A stretch of 64,000 bases of DNA, taken from positions 1,446,151 to 1,510,150 of the forward strand of contig NZ_JAPNJW010000002.1 in the NCBI RefSeq assembly GCF_026626745.1, in the 5' to 3' direction. Below are positions 26,721-35,071 of the stretch, piece by piece; the stretch's first letter is position 1; the number at the start of each line of letters is the position of its first letter. The translations under genes were made by a program, and so were the position numbers. The stretch comes from Nannocystis sp. RBIL2 (GTDB taxonomy: Bacteria; Myxococcota_A; Polyangia; Nannocystales; Nannocystaceae). The notes under the pieces were generated by a model that did not search any database, had not been told where the DNA came from, and was given only the letters and a program-made list of their open reading frames with translations.

Positions 26721-28646
26721 ATGCTCGCTTACAGCTTCGCTTGTCGTTCGCTGGGTCTCGTGATGCTCGCCTCGGCCCTCGCCTGTGGTCGCACCGACAC
26801 TGCAGTGCTCACGGACACCGGCACCGGCACCACCGACACTGACGGCACCACCACTGCAGGCAGCACCACCGGCCCCGACTTGCCGACCACCACCGCGCCG
26901 ACTACCGAGACCGGCACGATCGGCGGCACCGAGACCGGCACCACCCTCGAGCCGACCACCGGGCCTGCCACCGACACCGCGATCACGAGCACCGACGGCA
27001 CGGTCACCGACGGCACCATCACCGACGGCACCACCACCTCGACCACGACTTCGACCTCGACCACCACCACCACCGGCGAGACCGACAGCACCACCGGCCC
27101 GCCGCCGATCTGCGGCGACGGTCAGGTCGATCCGGGCGAGGAGTGCGACGACGGCGACCTCGTCGACCTCAACGCCTGCTCCAACGCCTGCATCGCCGCC
27201 GTGTGCGGCGACGGCATCGTCCAGGAGCTCGTGGGCGAGGAGTGCGACGACGGCAACGACATCGAGGGCGACGGCTGTTCGACCGGCTGTCGCCTCCCCG
27301 TCTGCGGCGACAGCATCGTCCAGATCACCGAGGAGTGCGACGACGGCAACCTCGACGACGGCGACGATTGCACCAACGCCTGCACCACCGCCGTGTGCGG
27401 CGACGGCGTCGTCCAGGTCGGCGTCGAGCCGTGCGACGACGGCAACGACCTCGACAACGACGACTGTCTGGTCGGCTGCATCCTCGCCGAGTGCGGCGAC
27501 GGCATCGTCCACGACCTGCTCGAGGCCTGCGACGACGGCAACGACGTCAACGACGACACCTGCACCAACGAGTGCGCCCTCGCCACCTGCGGCGACGGCA
27601 TCTTGCAGATGGACGAGGAGTGCGACGACGGCAACGCCCTCGACGACGACGCCTGCACCACCCTGTGCAAGCTCGCGGTGTGCGGCGACGGCTTCGTCCT
27701 CGCCGGCACCGAGGCCTGCGACGACGCCGGCAACAGCCCCGCCTGCGACAGCGACTGCACCCTCCCGCAGTGCGGCGACGCCCACCACAACCCGGCCAGC
27801 GGCGAGGCGTGCGACACCGGCGGCGACAGCCCCACGTGCGACAGCGACTGCACCCTCGCGGTGTGCGGCGACAAGACCGTCAACGGCGCCGCCGGCGAGA
27901 CCTGCGACGCCGGCACCGAGACCGCCACCTGCGACGACGACTGCACCGCCGTCGTCTGCGGCGACGAGGTCCTCAACGAGAGCGCCGGCGAGGCCTGCGA
28001 TCACGGCAGCCAGACCTCCACCTGCGACCTCGACTGCACCTTCGCCGCCTGCAACGACGGCGTCATCAACAGCGCCGCCGGCGAGAACTGCGAGGACGGC
28101 AACCTCGCCGAGGGTGACGGCTGCAGCTCGAAGTGCAAGGCGCACAAGGTCGTGTTCGCCACCAGCCAGGGCTTCGACGGCAACCTCGGCGGCCTCGCCG
28201 GCGCCGACATGAAGTGCCAGGCCGCCGCCCAGGCCGCCGGCCTCCCCGGCACCTACCGCGCCTGGCTGAGCGACGACACCGGCACCCCCGTCACCCGCTT
28301 CACCAAGTCGGCCATCCCCTACGCCCGCCGCGACGGCGTCCTCGTCGCCAACAACTGGGCCGACCTCATCGACGGCAACATCGCCGCCGCCATCAACCTC
28401 TCCGAGCTCAAGACCCCGCCCGGCTCCGACGCCAACGTCTGCGGCGGCGTCTCCCAGCTCACCTTCACCAACACGATCACCAACGGCACCATGTTCACGG
28501 ACTTCACCGATTGCCAGAACTGGACCAGCAACGCCCCCGGCTTCACCGGCGGCGGCCAGTGGAACAAGGCCGACGGCCTGTGGACGCAATTCGTCTGCCA
28601 GCAATCGTGCGCCTGGAAGAAGCCGATCTACTGCTTCATGCAATAG
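26721..28646 (+). CDS. Lipoprotein with about 12 myxobacterial Cys-rich repeats and a C-terminal DUF1554-like domain.
   Basis: Lipobox 'ASALAC'. Thr-rich linker. Reiterated 'CGDG.V...EECDDGN...DGC...C' units. The C-terminal 'KVVFATSQGFDGNLGGLAGADMKCQAAAQAAGL...YRAWLSD' matches the DUF1554 pattern as recalled. Confidence 0.8.
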   Translation: MLAYSFACRSLGLVMLASALACGRTDTAVLTDTGTGTTDTDGTTTAGSTTGPDLPTTTAPTTETGTIGGTETGTTLEPTTGPATDTAITSTDGTVTDGTITDGTTTSTTTSTSTTTTTGETDSTTGPPPICGDGQVDPGEECDDGDLVDLNACSNACIAAVCGDGIVQELVGEECDDGNDIEGDGCSTGCRLPVCGDSIVQITEECDDGNLDDGDDCTNACTTAVCGDGVVQVGVEPCDDGNDLDNDDCLVGCILAECGDGIVHDLLEACDDGNDVNDDTCTNECALATCGDGILQMDEECDDGNALDDDACTTLCKLAVCGDGFVLAGTEACDDAGNSPACDSDCTLPQCGDAHHNPASGEACDTGGDSPTCDSDCTLAVCGDKTVNGAAGETCDAGTETATCDDDCTAVVCGDEVLNESAGEACDHGSQTSTCDLDCTFAACNDGVINSAAGENCEDGNLAEGDGCSSKCKAHKVVFATSQGFDGNLGGLAGADMKCQAAAQAAGLPGTYRAWLSDDTGTPVTRFTKSAIPYARRDGVLVANNWADLIDGNIAAAINLSELKTPPGSDANVCGGVSQLTFTNTITNGTMFTDFTDCQNWTSNAPGFTGGGQWNKADGLWTQFVCQQSCAWKKPIYCFMQ

Positions 28647-28719
28647 GGCCTGGGCTTTGAGAATCGCGTGACTGCGCTCGCAGTTCGTCTGAGGCAGACA
28701 TTCTGCCGACACACGAGAG

Positions 28720-28744
28720 CCCGCGAGTCCCCAGGACTCGCGGG
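28720..28744 (+). terminator. Stem-loop downstream of the DUF1554 lipoprotein gene.
   Basis: Perfect 11-bp stem 'cccgcgagtcc'/'ggactcgcggg' with a 3-nt loop, 74 nt after the stop. No clear T-tract follows. Confidence 0.4.
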
Positions 28745-28773
28745 CGTCGACCTGCGTCCGCAGCTTCGAGCAG

Positions 28774-29280
28774 GTGCAGCACGAGCGACATGGCCGCGCG
28801 AGCTCGATGAGCGCTGCGGCCCCCGACTCTCACCAGAAAATTTCGACTCCGCGTCGGGGGCAGCCGCTCATCGTCATGATCGCGGTGCCGCTGACGCCGC
28901 TCCTCTTCTTCCTCATGGTGTGGTTGCAGCTGCCCATGTGGACCCTGCTCCTCGCGGGGACCGTGTGGCCGCAACTGGTGTGCGGCCTCGTGGAACGGCG
29001 CATCCGTGGCGAGCTCCGTCTTCGAGCGCTCGACGCGGGTCTTCACGCGCTCGCGCCGTTACCCGCGGAGCCGCTGCGGTCGAGCGAGCTCGCGTTCATC
29101 CTGCTCGCCGGTCTCGGGGCCCTCGGAAGTACCCTCGCGGTCGCTGCGGCCTGGGGCGTAGGGCCGGCGCTCCTGACCGCGCTGGTCCTGGTGGTGGTCG
29201 AACGTCACTTCGTACGGCGACGCGACGTAGCAACCGCAGAAGCTCAATCGCGGCGCAACGACGCTTGCATCAGCCCGTGA
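28774..29280 (+). CDS. Hypothetical membrane protein.
   Basis: 168-aa ORF with 3-4 hydrophobic helices ('LIVMIAVPLTPLLFFLMVWLQLPMWTLLLAG'). No recognisable domain. Confidence 0.3.
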   Translation: MQHERHGRASSMSAAAPDSHQKISTPRRGQPLIVMIAVPLTPLLFFLMVWLQLPMWTLLLAGTVWPQLVCGLVERRIRGELRLRALDAGLHALAPLPAEPLRSSELAFILLAGLGALGSTLAVAAAWGVGPALLTALVLVVVERHFVRRRDVATAEAQSRRNDACISP

Positions 29281-29338
29281 GCCCGCCGCGCCGGCCTGCC
29301 CGCCGCGCGTCCGCGACTGAAAATGATAGGCTGCCCGG

Positions 29339-30634
29339 ATGTCGCCCTCCCGTCGTCCGGGCCCCTGCACTCTCGCCGCGCTGGCCCTGTTCGCCTGCGG
29401 CCCGACCCCCGGCAGCGACCCGACCACCGACGCGAGCACGACGACCGCCACGAGCTCCACCGAGCCGTTCGTCGACACGACGACGACCGGCACACCGATG
29501 ACCGGTGAGCCGACGACCAGCTCCGACACGACCGTCGCCACGACCGTCGACCCGACGACGACCGGCATCGACCCGGGCACCACGAGCGACACGACCACCA
29601 CCACGACCAGCGACGGCTCGACCACCGCCGATGCCGACTGCACCGTCGTCGAGTTCACCGAGCCCGCGCTCGAGGCCGCAGTGCGCCTGGCCTACGGTCT
29701 ACCGCCCGGACCGATCGCCGGCGACGCGCTGACCGGCCCGGGGGGGATCGTCGTCGCCAAGCTCCAGCATGGCCCGATCGCCGACCTCACCGGGCTGGAG
29801 TGTGCGACCGGGGTCGTGAGTCTGACCCTGGTGGGCCACGAGGCCTTGACCGACATCTCGCGGATCGCGGGGCTGACCAAGCTCGAGTGGCTCGAGCTCT
29901 CGGAGACCGCGGTCACCGACCTCTCGCCGCTGGCAGGGCTGACGGCCCTGAAGAATCTCTACCTCGGCAGCATCCCGGCGACTGACATCAGCCCGATCGC
30001 CGGTCTGTCCGCCCTCGAAGTTCTCAGCCTGCGAGCCTCGCCGAGCACCGACATCTCGCCCTTGCAGGGCCTCGCGGCGCTCAGGCGGCTCGACCTCGGC
30101 CATACCCTCCCCGTCGACCTCTCCCCCCTCACCGGCCTCGTCACCCTCGAGGAGCTCGACCTCGCCGAGTCCGAGGTCACCGACCTCGCGCCGCTCGCCG
30201 GCCTGCCGGCGCTCGTCCGGCTCGACCTGACCCACTCCGCGGTCACCGACCTCGGGCCGCTCGCCGGCGTGCCCAAGCTCGAGCGGCTGTTCATGGCCGA
30301 CACCGAGGTCGCCGACCTGTCGCCCCTGACGGGCCTGCCGATCCTCTACCTCTACGCCCCGTCGTGTGCGATCACCGACCTGAGCCCGATCGCCAGCTTC
30401 CCGATCCCGGAAGTGATCGACCTCAGCGACAACATGATCGTCGAGGTCGACGCTCTCGCCGGCGTCGACTGGATGGTCCCCGAGAATACGTGCGCCATGC
30501 TCCTGCTGGCTGGCAATCCGCTGTCCGCCGAGGCCAAGCAGCAGCTCCCCGCCATGTGCGAGGCCACCGGTGTCAGCTTCGAGGCCGGCGTCCTGCAGTG
30601 CATCACCGACGCCTGCATCCCCCCGCCGCCCTGA
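29339..30634 (+). CDS. Leucine-rich-repeat (LRR) lipoprotein.
   Basis: Lipobox 'ALFAC'. Thr-rich linker. At least 9 tandem ~22-aa LRR units of the form 'L..L.LS.T.VTDLSPLAGL'. Confidence 0.8.
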   Translation: MSPSRRPGPCTLAALALFACGPTPGSDPTTDASTTTATSSTEPFVDTTTTGTPMTGEPTTSSDTTVATTVDPTTTGIDPGTTSDTTTTTTSDGSTTADADCTVVEFTEPALEAAVRLAYGLPPGPIAGDALTGPGGIVVAKLQHGPIADLTGLECATGVVSLTLVGHEALTDISRIAGLTKLEWLELSETAVTDLSPLAGLTALKNLYLGSIPATDISPIAGLSALEVLSLRASPSTDISPLQGLAALRRLDLGHTLPVDLSPLTGLVTLEELDLAESEVTDLAPLAGLPALVRLDLTHSAVTDLGPLAGVPKLERLFMADTEVADLSPLTGLPILYLYAPSCAITDLSPIASFPIPEVIDLSDNMIVEVDALAGVDWMVPENTCAMLLLAGNPLSAEAKQQLPAMCEATGVSFEAGVLQCITDACIPPPP

Positions 30635-30913
30635 GCTGCCGTCGAACCCGGCTGATCCGCTCAGCCCGCGGCGCCCTGTTGCAGCGCAGTGAACACCTTC
30701 GCACAGCGCAGCGTGGGAACCCCACGCAAGACGGAGGTGGGCGGCTCCACGTCGAACCGTTCCAGATCCGGCTCGCACACCACCGGCAAGCGGCGCCCAA
30801 ATCGCGCACGACCGCACGTTCGTGCATCCGGCATTCGCGCTCGAGGCCGCCGAAAAAAATCTGCCCTCGCCTTTGCAACACTCGCCCGCGCGGTGGCATG
30901 CCGGCGGTGAACG

Positions 30914-33900
30914 ATGACCCACTCCGGAGCGACCGCCGCTTTCGCGGACATGAATTGGCTGCAACGCCTGGCCGCCGCCCTCGCACGAGACGCCGACGAC
31001 GCCGCCGACCTCGTGCAGGACACGCTCGTGACCGCATGGTCCCACCCGCCGGCCGACGACGGCCAGCCGCTGCGCCCGTGGCTGGCGACGGTCCTTCGCA
31101 ACCGTTTCCGCATGCAGCTGCGCACGCAGGCGCGTCGCGAGCGGCGCGAGCAGGCTGGGGCGTCGACGAGGGCGATCGCCGCCGAGCCCGACCGGGAGTT
31201 GCTGCGCCTGGAGCTGCTCCGTGTGCTCCTCGCCGAGCTCGAGCGGCTCGCGCCCGAGGACCAGAAGATCATCGTCCGTAGGTTCTTCGAGGGTGAGAGC
31301 GCGGCCGAGATCGCCCGCGGGCTCGCCATTCCTGCGGCGACCGTCCGCTCGCGCCTCCACCGCTCGCTCCAGCGCCTGCGTGCTCGACTCGACGAGCAAT
31401 TCGGCGGGCGTTCGGCCTGGTGTGTCGTGGTCCTGCCCGCGCCTCACGGCGCGTCGCTCCCGTCCGCGAGCCCAAGCAGCTCCATGAGCATCGCCGCGAA
31501 AGTCATTCTCGTGACGAGCCTCGGCATCGTCGGTGTGGCCGGCTGGCTCGCGCTCACGGAGCCATCCCCGGCGGGGCCTCCCTCCGCGGGACCGACTGCC
31601 TCGCAAACCGTCCTGCGGTCTCCGGTGGAGGGACCGGCGAGGACGCCGATCGACCCGCGCCGTGCAGACCGGGCGGCCATCTCCGGGCACGTGCGCGATC
31701 CCGAGGGCCACCCGGTGCCGGCTGCGACGGTGTGCGCGGCGTCGTCGTCGGAGACGCTCGGCGCGTCCGAGCGGCGCGCGAGGCCTTGCACGATCGCGGC
31801 GGCGGACGGCTCTTATCGCCTGGACGGCCTGCTGGCAGTGCCGCATCGGATCACCGCGAGCGCGCCGCATTTCATCCCGCGGGCGCACCGGAGCGGCTCC
31901 GGGGCCCTGGCGCGCGAGCTGGTGCCCCTGCGCTTCGGGCAGGAAGAGCGTGGCATCGACATCACCCTGCTGCCCGGCGGGGTGAAGCTCGTCGGCATCG
32001 TGCGCGACCTCGGCGGCGGAGAGGTCGATGGCGCGCTCCTCGAAGCGGGCGACGCGGCCGGGCGCTCGGGCGCGGACGGCAGCTTCTCGCTGTGGGTCCG
32101 CCCGGGCGAGGTGCTGGTGACGGCGACGGCGGAGGGCTATGCGGACGCGCAAACCTCCGGACGCGCACCGGGATTGACGCTCGAGATCCTCATGATTCCG
32201 GAGTCGGTGCTGCTCGGCCGGGTGGTGCGCGCCGACGACGGGTCGCCGGTCGCGGGCGCCGAGGTGAGCGCGCTCAACGGCGGCGGCTGGGGTCGCCAAG
32301 GACCGGCCTTCACCGACGCGTCCGGAAACTTCAGGATCGACGCGTTGCGACCCGGTGCCTACAAGGCGCGGGCGCTGCATGACGAGGGATATGGTGCTGC
32401 GGAGGCGCTGGTGGTGCTCGGCCTCGGTGAAACCTCCGCGCCGGTGGAGGTCCGCATGCACCCGGCTTTCCTGGTCGAAGGGACAGTCGTGGTCGCCGGC
32501 GGGGGCACGTGCGATCGCGGCTCGATCATCCTCTCGGACCCCCAAGGCCAGCGTCATGCGACTATCTCACCCGACGGCCGGGTGCGGGTCCCGGGGCTGC
32601 TGCCCGGGAGTTACAAGGTGGACGTCCGGTGCGAAGGGTTCGTGTCGGCGCCGAGCTACCCGCCCCTGGCGATCGCCGACCGCAGCCTCCGCGAGCTACG
32701 CTGGGAGGTCCGACCGGGCCAGGCGATTCGCGGTACGGTCGTCGCTACGACCAGGGATCCCGTCACTGCGATGACGGTGACGGTGAACCCGCAGGTCGAC
32801 CCGAGCCGTTCGAATGCGCAGTCGACCAGCGGAATCGCAGAGGCCGACAACGCCGGACGGTTCGAGGTCAAAGGCCTGTTGCCGGGGCGCTATGCATTGC
32901 GCGTGTTCGCCGGAGATCCACCGCAGCTCCTCCAGGGGCCCGAAGTCGAGGTTCGTGACGGACATGACCTCGAAGACATCCGTATCGAGCTGCCGGCGGC
33001 CGGCGAGGTCCGTGGCGAGGTCCACGACGTCCACGGCCGCGCCATCCCCGGGGCGAGGGTCTTGCTGCGTGGGCCGACCTACGCGCAGACGACCAGCCTC
33101 GACGACGGGAGCTTCCGCCTCTCCGGCCTCGCTGCCGGCGCGTACCAGGCGAGCGTGAACAAGAGCTACCAGCCGCTGCGCATGCACGACGCCAAGGACG
33201 GCGAAGCGCCGCGCGTGGAGGTCGAGACCGGCGAGGCCGCTGTCCTCGACCTCGTCGTCGAGGCCCCGGACGGGAAGATCTCTGGACGGGTCGTGGATAG
33301 CGACGAGGCAGCGCAGGACGACGTCTTCGTCGAGGTCTTGCACGAGCCGGAGAGCGGCTCACCAGGGGCCACCTTGCGCGACATGCGGTGGAGCATGGAC
33401 CGCGGCCTGCGGCCGCGGATGACCGACGTCGACGGAAGGTTCGAGTTTGGCGACCTGCCTGAAGGGACATATACGCTCGTGGCCCACCGGCGTGACGGCG
33501 GCGAGGGGATCGTCGAGCGGGTGGCCGTGGGCAGCGAGGTCGTCGTCAAGATAGCCGCGCCGGGCTCGCTGGTCGGGCGGGTACGCTTGCCCGGCGGCGG
33601 CGGACCAGAGCGATTCTCGGTGGAGCTCCGCGATGCGGCGACCGGCTACCAGGTACGCGACAGCTTCTTCCGCACCGACGGGACGTTCGCGTTCCCGCAG
33701 GTGCCTGCAGGTAATTTCGTGGTCGCAGTCGAGGCGCCGGAAGGCGCGGGCAAGGCCGAGGTCGCGCTGGCGACGGGCGAGCGCGGACAGGTCGAGGTCA
33801 CGCTGGCGGGCCGCGTCACCGTCCGCGGCCGCGTGCTCGACCTCGACACCGGCGAGCCGGTGCCGGGAATGCGCGTGAAGTTCGGCGCGGAAGGGAGAGA

Positions 33901-34405
33901 GGCGTTCATCAGCTCGGCGGACCACGTCGACGAGCGCTCGGTGTCCGACGCGGACGGCCGATTCGAGGTCGCCGACGTGCCTGTCGGCCATGCGACGGTG
34001 ATCGTCACCGCCAGGAGCTTCGGAGCGACGAGCGACCACGAGACTATCTGGACGCGTGTACGGATCTCGAACGGTAGCGTGGTCGAACTGGCGCCGCTCG
34101 AGGTGCCGCGAAGCCGGCTTCAGCCCGGCGACGAGGCCGGCGAGCTCGGCATGACGATGCGACGAGACGTTCCGACCGAGGGAGCGGAAGCGCGGCCGCC
34201 GACAATCGCGTTCGTGCAGCCTGGCGGCCCAGCCGCGCACGCCGGGCTGCGGGTCGGCGACGCGATCGTCGCGGTCGACGGACATGACGTCACCGGCGAC
34301 CACGTGCATCGCTTCGATGCCCTGACACGGGTGCCCGTGGGGACCGAGCTCCGCCTCGAGCTCGAGCGTGGAGGCAGCGTCACGCTCACCGCCGCACGCC
34401 GATGA
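30914..34405 (+). CDS. ECF sigma-70 factor fused in one polypeptide to a TM helix, a large extracytoplasmic region with carboxypeptidase-regulatory-like (Ig-like) repeats, and a C-terminal PDZ domain.
   Basis: Region 2 'DLVQDTLVTAWSH...PWLATVLRNRFRMQLR'. Region 4 HTH 'LAPEDQKIIVRRFFEGESAAEIARGLAIPAATVRSRLHRSLQRLRARL'. Hydrophobic helix 'IAAKVILVTSLGIVGVAGWLAL'. Repeated ~80-aa beta-rich units of the form 'G.V.D..G.P..GA.V.......T.(D/A)GSFR..GL..G.Y'. C-terminal PDZ-like 'IAFVQPGGPAAHAGLRVGDAIVAVDG'. The frame is continuous with no stop. Confidence 0.75.
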   Translation: MTHSGATAAFADMNWLQRLAAALARDADDAADLVQDTLVTAWSHPPADDGQPLRPWLATVLRNRFRMQLRTQARRERREQAGASTRAIAAEPDRELLRLELLRVLLAELERLAPEDQKIIVRRFFEGESAAEIARGLAIPAATVRSRLHRSLQRLRARLDEQFGGRSAWCVVVLPAPHGASLPSASPSSSMSIAAKVILVTSLGIVGVAGWLALTEPSPAGPPSAGPTASQTVLRSPVEGPARTPIDPRRADRAAISGHVRDPEGHPVPAATVCAASSSETLGASERRARPCTIAAADGSYRLDGLLAVPHRITASAPHFIPRAHRSGSGALARELVPLRFGQEERGIDITLLPGGVKLVGIVRDLGGGEVDGALLEAGDAAGRSGADGSFSLWVRPGEVLVTATAEGYADAQTSGRAPGLTLEILMIPESVLLGRVVRADDGSPVAGAEVSALNGGGWGRQGPAFTDASGNFRIDALRPGAYKARALHDEGYGAAEALVVLGLGETSAPVEVRMHPAFLVEGTVVVAGGGTCDRGSIILSDPQGQRHATISPDGRVRVPGLLPGSYKVDVRCEGFVSAPSYPPLAIADRSLRELRWEVRPGQAIRGTVVATTRDPVTAMTVTVNPQVDPSRSNAQSTSGIAEADNAGRFEVKGLLPGRYALRVFAGDPPQLLQGPEVEVRDGHDLEDIRIELPAAGEVRGEVHDVHGRAIPGARVLLRGPTYAQTTSLDDGSFRLSGLAAGAYQASVNKSYQPLRMHDAKDGEAPRVEVETGEAAVLDLVVEAPDGKISGRVVDSDEAAQDDVFVEVLHEPESGSPGATLRDMRWSMDRGLRPRMTDVDGRFEFGDLPEGTYTLVAHRRDGGEGIVERVAVGSEVVVKIAAPGSLVGRVRLPGGGGPERFSVELRDAATGYQVRDSFFRTDGTFAFPQVPAGNFVVAVEAPEGAGKAEVALATGERGQVEVTLAGRVTVRGRVLDLDTGEPVPGMRVKFGAEGREAFISSADHVDERSVSDADGRFEVADVPVGHATVIVTARSFGATSDHETIWTRVRISNGSVVELAPLEVPRSRLQPGDEAGELGMTMRRDVPTEGAEARPPTIAFVQPGGPAAHAGLRVGDAIVAVDGHDVTGDHVHRFDALTRVPVGTELRLELERGGSVTLTAARR

Positions 34406-34462
34406 ATCGCCGGGCTGACGCGACAGCGCCTTCACTCGAGCCGCCTGCCGCAAGAGGCTGCC

Positions 34463-34831
34463 TCAGCCCCAGGAGTCATGCAGCACCCGGTGACCGAACG
34501 CCTCGATGAGCGCCCGCATGCACTCAGTGCCGCCAAACGGCCCCGCATACGGGTCGAACTCGAGGCGCGCCGTCGTCGGCGAAATCCGACGGCAGCCCAG
34601 GATCTCGTACTCGCCGTTGCGGAACGCGTCGAGCATCGACCCGAAATCCCAGGGTGTCTCGAGGCCCGGGTCGTACGGTCGCTCCGAGGCCGGGGTCGCA
34701 TCCCAGCGGCGACGGTACGCCGCCAAATCCGCCGCGGTCGGCCACCAGAAAAAGGCCCTCGCCTCGGCATCGAAGAAGCCGAGCCAGAAATCGTCGTCCG
34801 GCCACACGTCCTCCTGCTTGCTGAGGCGCAA
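34463..34831 (-). CDS. Hypothetical small Trp-rich protein. It has a TTG start as annotated. The true N-terminus may lie 26 codons upstream, across an in-frame TAG.
   Basis: 122-aa ORF. Directly upstream and in the same frame is ATG(34907)-'MTAFFLEFEVVREDR'-TAG(34860-34862), then the ORF continues. Confidence 0.4.
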   Translation of the reverse strand: MRLSKQEDVWPDDDFWLGFFDAEARAFFWWPTAADLAAYRRRWDATPASERPYDPGLETPWDFGSMLDAFRNGEYEILGCRRISPTTARLEFDPYAGPFGGTECMRALIEAFGHRVLHDSWG

Positions 34832-35071
34832 GGCCTCGACGACCCCGACGAGGGGCGCCTAGCGGTCCTCGCGGACGACTTCGAACTCGAGGAAGAAGGC
34901 AGTCATCGACGCTCTGCGGAGGGCGGAGGATCACACGGCCCCGCCGGTCCCTCAACTGCGGCTTGCCGCTTCGGGCGTGAGACCGACGCGACACAGCTCA
35001 GCATCGCCAAGATGCTGAGTCACAGCTCGCCACTGTGCTCCCGAGGTGCAGGGGTCCACCTCGACGGCGAT

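Noticed and set aside
30700-30760. Candidate ECF-type promoter (GGAAC ... CGTC) upstream of the ECF-fusion gene. A 7-bp inverted repeat 'gcgtgggaaccccacgc' is present there.
   Set aside because: A GGAAC is present, but no CGTC/-10 element sits at the expected 16-17-bp spacing. The support is too weak to call a promoter.
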